The notes below the pieces were generated by a model that saw nothing but the letters and a program-made list of their open reading frames with translations, made no database searches and was not told the DNA's origin. A stretch of DNA of 55,513 bases, counting the filler, from Sluysia triapertura (taxonomy: Eukaryota): the NCBI GenBank assembly GCA_046118255.1. It is 4 parts of 4 records of this genome, joined end to end, with 100 filler letters (N's around TTAATTAATTAA, not from the genome) between each part and the next. Parts side by side here need not be neighbours in the genome. Positions count along the whole stretch, not along the records: positions 1 to 13,006 come from JBJNIA010065628.1; positions 13,107 to 27,931 come from JBJNIA010247871.1; 2 more parts are not named here. One strand, 5' to 3'. Positions 11,950 to 21,903 of the stretch are shown piece by piece. Position 1 is the first letter of the stretch. Each line of letters opens with the position of its first letter. The position numbers and the translations under genes were made by a program.

Positions 11950-13006
11950 TGGAAGATTAGCAAAATCAAACAAGTGTATTTACATAATTACAGATACTGA
12001 AAATTAGATGTTGGGATTAATAAAGGATAAAGGTAGATATAAGGGTAACAAAATAAGTTCAACATTATTAAAGAATTAAGATAAGGTATTATGATGAACC
12101 GTAATGGTAAGAATAGTATGTAAAATAACGAGAAATATGAAGAAATAACTCTTTACATGGTTTTATTTATTAAAGTACATTTGTTAATTAACTTAATTAA
12201 TATTTGTTTAATTTGATAAGTCAGTAAAACTGTTTGCTAATGATATAATGATATTGGATTTAGCGTATGATATTTTGTTTTATTAATGTTTTTAATGAAG
12301 TACTTCAAAAAATTACTTTATTATGTGAGGATTGGACTGTTGAACTGTTGAATTGAGGACAGAACAGATTGATTATATTATATCTCAATATTATTTTGAC
12401 TATATTATTTAATAATTTATTTTATTTGATTGTTTACTATAATTATTTAATGATTTTTTTCATTTATTTTATAAAAATACTTATTGTCATTATAAAAACT
12501 AAAGAAGGATTTAAAAAATAATTAAAATTAAAATCAAATCCAAAAAATGAAAAATAATTAAAAAACTAAAATTGTCTAAATTTTGTTTAATTAAACTAAA
12601 TTAATATATTTTGTTTTAATAAAACAAATATTTAAATTTTATAAATACCGCAATATGGCGGTTAGAAATTCTGTATATAAGTTGCTGACTTTTGCAGAAT
12701 TTCTACCCGACATTTGCAAGAAAATATCAATCATCAAAACGTCATTCGATTTTCCATGAAAGTAAGCTTTTTAGTTGTAAGTTTTCTAATCTTCTTATCG
12801 TAAAAGGGAGGAGTAAAATCAAACTTAAAATCTTTTTGTAATTTTGCTTATGTTCGGTTTTACTACTACCTGAACAATTATAAAATACTAATTTTATGTT
12901 TATAGTTTGGGTTCGCCTACGTCAGTCGGTTTACCTAAAACGGACGAGTGCGTAGGATTTTAAAGCGGTGAAAGTTCTAACGTAAGAATGTCACTATTTC
13001 CGTGTA
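11950..13006. mobile_element. Decayed large dispersed repeat, Maverick/Polinton-like (minor-capsid-like fossil on +, packaging-ATPase-like fossil on -)
   Basis: 12000-12310 is repeated at 15110-15450. The minus strand at 12600-12910 carries NCSGSSKT (degenerate Walker A), a FDD-like stretch, SGRNS, YIQNF and IFVLLKQN in A32-ATPase order, across frameshifts. Confidence 0.5.
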
Positions 13007-13106
13007 NNNNNNNNNNNNNNNNNNNNNNNNNNNNNNNNNNNNNNNNNNNNTTAATTAATTAANNNNNNNNNNNNNNNNNNNNNNNNNNNNNNNNNNNNNN
13101 NNNNNN
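13007..13106. other. Artificial contig linker / assembly gap
   Basis: 44 N + TTAATTAATTAA (stop codons in all six frames) + 44 N. Confidence 0.99.
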
Positions 13107-16100
13107 TGTAAAAACTAAAGTTAAATTCATTATTTTTAAGTATGTCAATAATAATAATTGTTATTTTAATGTAAGAAGTGATTGATGAAAAAATAGATCG
13201 AGTAGAATAGAAGAAAAATTGAGAGTTGATTTTTAATCGAATTGTTATGTTTTGCATGATAAGTCGTACCATGTAAATGTCAAGTCGTTTTAGTCGGTTT
13301 TACCTTTAAAAGAGGTTCTGATGATTTGGTTAAGAGTAATTCCTGATTGCGAGTTTGAGAGTGATTGGACGATGCTTAAGTGAATGCTTAAAAAATTGAA
13401 CTCACATAAAAAAGGAACAACATTCACGAGAGACAACCAAAAAGAAAATTCATGATTATGGTAGCGGCTTTTTATTTTTTATTGTTTTATGATTTTCATT
13501 ATTAAAAATAATAATTAAATTTTTAGCCATTGATAAATTTGAATTTTTCGGAGGCTCCCTGCCCGAATTACTTTGAAATTTTTTAAGTTATATATTTAGT
13601 TATTATCTTAATTTTAATTTTAATTTTAATTTTAACTGAATTTTAATTGAATTTTGAGATACTCCCTGCCAAAATTATTTTGCAGCTTTTGGTTATTAAG
13701 TTAGAATAGAGTTATTCGACAAGATATAAATATTTTGTTGTTTGTTGTGTCACCTCTGGTTTCTTTGGATAGATTATTGCGGTTTTAATATTGTCATAAA
13801 TATTATTGTCAATTTTGAAATTCAGTCATTTTCATTTAGTTTACTTGTATTATTGTTAAAGCAGAAACTTATTGTTAGAAATTAAGAAACTAAATTTTTG
13901 TAAAATTTCTGTAAAGTTTTATTATATATGTTATTAAGATATTTTATTAATTAATTATTATTAAATCAAAATTAAAAAAGGAAATATGGAATCCGAAGGA
14001 TAAAATTTAAAAAAGTAATAATAAAATTAAAAGTTTTTAATAAAATTAAAATAAGGTTAAAAAATTTTTAATAAAATTAAATTGGAAAAATTTTAAAATT
14101 AATAAAATTAAAAAAAATTAATAATTAATAATTTATATAATTAATCAAATTGTTTAAATTTTTTAAAAGTAAATTATTTGTTTAAAATTTTAATTCTTTT
14201 ATTTAGAAAAATTATTTTAGTAGCCGTTTTAATTATTTTCTTTATTAAATATTTTTGGTTGGAAGCCATATTGAAGAAGAAAAATACTATAAATAATTAA
14301 GCGTTATAAAATTTTAGCAGAATAACTCCCTAAAAGAAAAATTTAGATTCAAAACTTTAGTAAGATTTAGTCAATTTAGTTGGGTTTGAAAAAATTAAAG
14401 TAACGCTCCGAAGGGTACATTAAATTTTATCACGGATTCCATGTCATACGAGTAATTAATTTTTGTATAAGGTTTTATGTTTTACTATAATAAAGGAAAC
14501 ACAAATTTTACTTAAAATCATTTTATTTTTCTTGCAACACCTTAATACGGGTTGCTAAATTTCATTTTAAACTTATAGCAAAACCAACTACTATTGAGTT
14601 TTTAATTTGAATATTTGTATTACACCCAGGTTTTGTAAACTGCGTTTTTTGTTTTTATAATAGACCTTACTTGTTATTAGTTGAAAGTTTATAGTAAAAT
14701 CTCCTAAAATATTTTTATAAAGCAGCACCTTATAGAATCTGTAATATAGAATCTGTAATTGAATTATAAATTAATTGAAGAGATTTAAGTTAATTATTCT
14801 TATATACACAGTAAGGTATAAGCAAAACGTTTTTAAAGTTCTTAAGTTACGGATAAGTTATAAAAATCATAATAATACGTCTCCAATCGCGGTATAAATC
14901 GTATATATATTAGGCGAACCGACTCATCATATATTTTGTAAGTAGGTAAGAAAACACTTGCATTATAATGACAACTTGTATTGTTGATTTTGTAATTATT
15001 ATATTATTGATTTATTGTTATTAATTCGAAATAAGAAAGTAATTTTTGGGTAGAATAAATATCTTTATTAAAATAAGAAAATTTGTGATAAATTATACTT
15101 GATCTAGTGAATTGTTGGGATTGGTGAAGGATTAAGATAGATATAATGGTCAGAACTCAGGAAAACAGAATAAAATAAACATCATTGAAGAATTGAAATA
15201 CGATATTATGATAAATAGTGATAATAAAATAAGCTTATGACATACTTGAATTTAAATGAAAAATGAGAAATATGAAGAAATAACCTTTTACAAGGTTTTA
15301 TTTGTAAAATATTAAAGTATGTTTGTTAATTAACTTAATTAAAATTTGTTTAATCTGATCACTCAATAAAAAATGTTTGCTCATAATATAATGATATTAG
15401 ATTCAGTGTATAATATTGAATTTTATTAGTATTTTTAATGATGAAGTATTGCGAAGCACGTAAACATGGATGACGTAAAAATTAGTTATTTTAATTAATT
15501 TTTATAATTTTAAATATGTTCCGATGTCTAAAGTATGTATCAAATTGATGCTTATAGAGAGATCAATTCAAATATGTTATTTAACTTAAATATGTTATTT
15601 AAATTAAGTTGACAAATTACCTTATTAGTATAATAGCATGGTAACAGTGATTTTAAATTTTAATTAGGCAACATTAAAAAGATAAGGGGATTGTTTACAC
15701 AAATCCCATTATCTTTAGATAATTAAAATGAGATTGAATTTGAACACAGACGGAAATTGCTGTCGAAATTCAGTCAGTAAAATTAGTCGCCTTATTACAG
15801 ACTAAAAGAGAATAAACAGTGAATTATTTGGTATTTATTATATTTTATATTAATAAGGGTGCGACAATATAAATAAGTTGTGTCATCCCTGGTTATGATT
15901 TATTTTTAAAGAATAATTTATAAAGAGTACTTTGTATGGTCGTTGTTATAAGGAATAACTTATATCTTTTAGTTGTAATTTTGTGATAATTCAAAGAAAA
16001 TATCGGGATTCTGAATTTGTTTAATTATTGAGTTTTTAATTGCTAATTTGTAAAATAAAAAAGTATAAAATATACAACATAATAGTGAAATTTTTTGAGA

Positions 16101-16340
16101 TTTTATTTAAGTAAATTAAATTGATATTGGTTTATTTATTAATTTTTTCATACATGTAAAATATGCACTTAGGCAAAAAATTGTTTATCTTCCTTTCTAG
16201 ATAAACTTTGTTCTAATACTTATGCAATGGTTTTACTTAAAATGAACTTAACTTGCAAAATGAGGTCTAGATGTGAATTCGCCTAATAGATGCGACTTAA
16301 ATCTGGACGAAGGTGGTCTATTAGGATTTTAGAATTAGTC
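13107..16340. mobile_element. Decayed copies of the same large dispersed repeat
   Basis: 13107-13460 matches 51510-51890. 13740-13810 matches 19940-20010. 14855-14940 matches 19447-19540 and, inverted, 40920-41000. 15040-15110 matches 20150-20225. Confidence 0.7.
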
Positions 16341-17329
16341 ACGTTGTAATCAAAACTTAAAATCGAGTAGTAATCGTTCACGTAATCTTTATTTATAACA
16401 ATTATATTCAATATAGAAAACTCTCAAAAAATCGGTCAATTAGTGCAAATATCTTCAAATTAACGTTTTGGTTAAATTACTTATAAATATATTCAATTTA
16501 AAATGATATTTTAAGTTAGCATTTTTACAGTCTAACATACAATGAAAAGTTCGGATTTTAAGTTAGCCGCTTACGGTCTAATGTTAATATTTTTAATATA
16601 TTAAAATGTTAATATATTTTAAAAGTTTATATAGCCCTTTTAAAGTTCAGCAGGAAAATAATGATTTTATTTGTTCACAATTATACAAAAAAGGTAAAGT
16701 TTAAAGATATTATCGGACAACGTTTTTACAAAATTATACAAAGCAAATTATACAACGAATGCACGATTATAATATAGATAATGAATTTACCACTTAAATA
16801 AATAATTAGTGGATTTTGATTTAAATTTAATTTGACTTCGCTTTATTACAGTCTAAGTATGAAAATAAACTTTTTAAATTTAAGTATATTTTAAATTATC
16901 CAGTTACGGTGAGAATTAAAAGACCTAATAAATAATCTTAATTTCATGGAACTGAACTGGAGCTTGTTTGACGATTAATAATTTAAGTGTTAATACGACT
17001 GCTAAAAATTCAGCACTTATGTACTGAATTCAGAGTAGCCATATTTCCTTCCATTAATTTCATTTTGATTAAAATAAAAAATGAATTTGATTCGAATAAA
17101 TGAAAAATGAATTTGTAATTTAAATTCTAATTTAACAAAATATTTATAATTAGAATTATAATTTATTTTAATTTTGTTTTTATTTTTAATTAATTTATTA
17201 GTTTTATAAAATTTAATTCAAGTCATAAAAATATTAATATGAAATTTAAAATATAAAAAATACGTAATTTCAAATAAAAATAAATGTTAAAAACCATAAA
17301 ATATTCATTCAGCTGAATTATCTATTTAA

Positions 17330-18070
17330 ATCATGTAAGTCTAACTTTCACTTTCATTACTCTAAGGTATCTACTCCTTTTCTATTTTAATCAACATTTA
17401 AACGATGCAGAAGTCACCAGAATGATTTCGTTTATTGAGAAAAGGCAGTCAGTGAACGAACACCACAAAAGTGGTCTTCGAAATTTAACAGTGGAAATTT
17501 TGATTTAAACGTTACACCTAGTAACTTTGATGCAGACTGTTTGAACTAATTGATTCATGATGATACGCGTCACTCGACACAAGCGCTTGTGATCGCACCA
17601 GTACTTCTCGAAATCTCAAGAAAAATGGGAAAATTTCAAAAGCTTGGATCATGGGTACATCACCATCTCGATTTCTATTTCTTTACTTGTACGCCATGAC
17701 TCTACTGTACAGCAACATTAATCTTTCCTTTCCAGGATCGTAACGGGTAATGAGAAATGGTGCCTGTCTGTAAATTCGAAACACAAAAACCTTGGGTAAG
17801 CAACTACAACAACGTGCGAAACCCGAAGTTCACCAACGTAAAATCTTGTGCGTTTGGTGGCACCAATTTGGTGTTATTCATTACGAAATTTTGCCAATAA
17901 AGCAAGCAATCAATTCCGAACTTTAGTAGGAACAACTCAAGCGTATAAACACTGCAATCAAAAAGAAGAATACCAGTAAGAAGCAGATAATTTTAGAGCA
18001 TAACAATGCTCTGCCTCGTGTTGGTTATTGAAGAGCTTGGCTTATAAGTTTTTCCCATCCCCAACATTGT
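17330..18070 (+). mobile_element. mariner transposase pseudogene
   Basis: Motifs KLGSWV(P)H, IVTGNEKWCL, RKILCVWW, ILEHNNALP and FPHP. Its 5' region resembles that of the 6040-6453 element. Confidence 0.85.
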
Positions 18071-20046
18071 TGAAATAAGAATCATGGAAAAGAAAAAATT
18101 TATAATAATCGTAACAGCTAAAGAATATCTGTTCCAAAGATCTATATAAGGGTTTGAGACCTTATGGAAGCTTGATATTGACTTGAAAAACCTTTAGAAG
18201 ATTTAAGGTACCTTTGAACTTTAGATCATTTAAGACCTTAGTAACCTTTAAGTATCTTGGAACATCGATACTTTAGTAATCCTTTAGTAATCTTATAAAA
18301 TGTTTAAAATCTTTGAAATAGTTGAGAAATAAAGTCATTGTTATTGATAGTATAGTAATATTTAACATGAAGAAGTAAAAAAAGAAAACATCTACAGCCC
18401 CCTGAATACCTTATAAACTATTACTTTATAACTACTTTAGGACTTTAATAAAACCTTTAAACATAGAATTAGATTAAGTCTAAAAATAGATTAATTAATT
18501 AAGAATCTTACTTAACTTAATTAAGAAAAAGTACGTTTTTGTGAATAACTTTTGAATGAGGGATGCTATGTTAAATTTGAAACTGTGCGTGTATTTGTTT
18601 TGAGAAGACATTTCGATGAAGGTATGGTTGTAAAAAGATTTCAAAAAAAATTGTAAAAAGATTTTATGTAAAAATTATAAAAAAGTAAAATTATTATTTT
18701 TATTATAATAAATATTAAAAATTAAAGAAAATAGTATTACAAAATATTAAATATTAAAAATAATTTATCAGGTAAAAATTTTTTGTTTTTGTTTAAAATT
18801 ATTAAGAAAAATAAAGAAATTTATTTAAAAAGAAAATTTGTTTAAAAATTTAAGAAACAAAGAAATTAATTTATTTTAGAATAATAATAAAGAAATAGAA
18901 AATGGCGACTGAAGCAAATTCATTATAAATAGTTAAAAAATTTTAGATGAACGCACAGAAAAATAGGAGCCATTGTAAAAAGTTATTTCACGAGAAAATT
19001 TTAACAGAAGAAAGAAGATCAATGCTTACCCAGTAATTTTATATATAGGTTTTCTTCATATTCACCGTAATTCCGGGAATCTTGTAAAATTTTCCTGCCA
19101 ACACCTTAAAGAGGGTTGGATAATTTATATTTAAACCATAACATAATCATTTTTTCAATTGAATTATTAAAATATTTATCGCTATCATATTAGTCGTGAA
19201 CTTATTACTATTATATTAGTCGATGTATATCTTTTCTTGTTATTCAGAATAATATATTTATTAAGATTTAATTTACTTAATCTCTTTAAAATAACGAATT
19301 TGATTCCTGAACAACATCTTAATAAAAGGGTTGTGCAATTTATAAACTCCAATCAAATTGAGTTTTTAAAAGAAACACTTTTAGCGCATTAATTAACCGT
19401 TAGCTGATTGTTGTCTAGATTGTAAGACATAAGCAAAGGCTTATTAAGTTAAGTTACAAAAATCCTAATAATACTTCTCCAACAGTGGTATAAATCATAT
19501 ATATTAGGCGGACCGACTTCTTAGATATTTTTTCAGGTAAGATATAGATTTTTTAAGTTTCAAAAGAAATACTTGCATTATCGTAAATCAAATGTTTGTG
19601 CTTCCTATCTAATAAAGTTTGACAGTCTGTAACATGTAACTATCAAAGTTATTATTGTCGGATTAAAGATTTGTTTGAGAGGATGTTTAATCAAAAATTT
19701 GAGAATGATTGGATGATGAGAAAATATAAAAAGGAATACGAAAACATTTTACAACAACAACAATTAATAATGCAAATGAGAAGATTCATGCTTTAAGTAA
19801 TTTTTGAATATATTTTATAATTAAAAATAATATTATTTTGTGGGATTTTATTGAATAATTTTTGCTTTGTATTGTTTTTGGGATATTTATATTGTATTAT
19901 TAAGAAATAATCGAGAATAATAATTAATATTTTTCTTGGTTTGTTGCGTAACTCCTGGTTTCTTTAGATAGATTGTTATATCCTTGATACTATTATAAAC
20001 GTTATTCTTAATCTCGTCATTTTACTCATTTTTAGTATTGCTTAAC

Positions 20047-20091
<45 letters not shown>

Positions 20092-20260
20092 TTATTTGAT
20101 TTTTGTTTAACCTGTAAATTATTGTGTTGTAAATGATTTGATTTTCAAAAGCTTAATTTTTGGGTGAATAATTATTATTATCAAAGTAAGAGAATTACTG
20201 AAAATTTATACTTGATATAGTGACTGCTAAAATTATTAAGATTCTTTCTAATAATATTCG
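18060..20260. mobile_element. Decayed copy of the large dispersed repeat
   Basis: 18070-18630 aligns by eye with the reverse complement of 50580-51115. 19600-19795 and 19960-20240 align with inverted 50050-50230 and 49360-49600. Confidence 0.75.
20047..20091. repeat. (AAT)n microsatellite
   Basis: Pure AAT run. Confidence 0.95.
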
Positions 20261-20428
20261 TTTATCATAGTTAATAATTTGCAAAGACGCAACAAACTAA
20301 AGGGCCGCAATTTCATACAAAAATTTGTAGTATAGTAAAAATTGAATCTAATATACAAATTATTCCTTCCATGGAAAAATATTGATCATGACATTAAATT
20401 TATTTAAAAATATCTAGAATATATTCAA

Positions 20429-21037
20429 CATGACAAATGAACCAACCACGGTTTCTTTAACAGCAATTTTAGATTCTAATAATGTACGAACTTAAAGTAT
20501 ACTTCGTGAAGGATTGTATGATAATTTATGGGACATGGAAATTGCAGAAGTAAAAAGTAATGATAATCTGTTTTATTAAGATTGATTGAAAATTTTAAAT
20601 ATACAAATTTAATAATGGAACTTAATTCTTCAGATTTAAAAAAATTGTTAAAACTTAATGAGGCAAACAGTGATGATTTTGATTAATTGTGTGGTGATTT
20701 ACAGAAATTAAATAAAATGCAAGAAATAGAAGTAAGTTTCATATATTTAGATGCTATAACGTTACCTTTTGTTGAGTCATTTGTCACTGGAACAGCTTAT
20801 AATTATTTTAGTTTTGAGTCATTAAACACAGCTGTTTTCTTCAAAGCTTACCAAGGTTGTTCACATGAGTTCGGCACATTGATCCGGTTACTCGAGAAAT
20901 CAACAATTATAATTCGTATATTAATTTTAAATTTGTTTGATTGTCGTTTTATTAGTGTTTGTTGTTGTAACTTTAAGTTAATAAACGCAAAAGGGTTCTC
21001 TTTTTATTTTAATGCTTTTTATGATAAAAGGACTTAA
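20429..21037 (+). pseudogene. Unidentified decayed coding sequence
   Basis: Protein-like stretches (MTNEPTTVSLTAILDSNNVRT*SILREGLYDNLWDMEI; MELNSSDLKKLLKLNEANSDDFD*LCGDLQKL...) broken by single TAA codons. No family recognised. Confidence 0.3.
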
Positions 21038-21903
21038 GCCGATTACTAACCATAACATTTTCGAATTTTATAATAAAGTTATTTGTAATGATCAATCAAT
21101 AAAATTTTTATAGAAAAATTAGTCATAAAACGCCTTACATTCGTCCATTACAGCTTATAAATGTAAAATAAAAGATAAACAGACTAATTTGTACCTGAAG
21201 CCGCTATAATGGAAATTAAAATATTTTATTAAAATTTGTCGAATTTAATATTACTTAAATCTTTATTGCGTTCTTGTATAATTCTTAAACTTTTGTGGTT
21301 ATTTAATAATATTTATTACTCTTATTTTCATATTTTCTATTATACTCTTACTTTCGTTAAACATGTCAACTTTTTTTGAAAAGGTTTCCTATTTCCCCAT
21401 TCATTATTAATACTCTTCAAAGTGCCTTCTTTTAGTACTTTGGTCAGTTGAGATTTTCTACTTCTATTAATTTTAAATAATTATTAAATTTACAGATTAT
21501 TGTACTTTTATAAATTTTAAATCATGTTGATTTTTAAATGATGTATTCATTTCTTATTTTTTAAACTAAGCAATATATTAATTTTGGAGAAAAATTAATG
21601 AAAACAAGTACTGTAGTAATATTATGTAAATTAATTTTAATGATTTTATTATATTTGCAAGTATATAATTTATATATAAATAATTAACGTTTATGTTGAT
21701 ATCTATTTAGTTTAGTTTGTTTAAATAATTTGTTAAAAAGAAATTTTGCTTATTTATGAATCTTTATAATTTTTATTGAAAAATAATATAATTATAATTC
21801 CTTGATATTATATTTTTACATATTCTTAATAATTTATTATGTATATTTCAATTTATTAATTTATTGAGCTTTTATTTAAAATTTTACTTAATTTATTATT
21901 ATA

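Noticed and set aside
13051-13062. TTAATTAATTAA palindrome repeated three times between N runs
   Set aside because: It is an artificial six-frame stop linker, not biology. ORF 13051-13272 is an artefact of it.
13500-17300. Extremely AT-rich tract as a mitochondrial insertion (NUMT)
   Set aside because: No cox/cob/nad peptide motifs or rRNA signatures seen; the blocks instead match the dispersed repeat.
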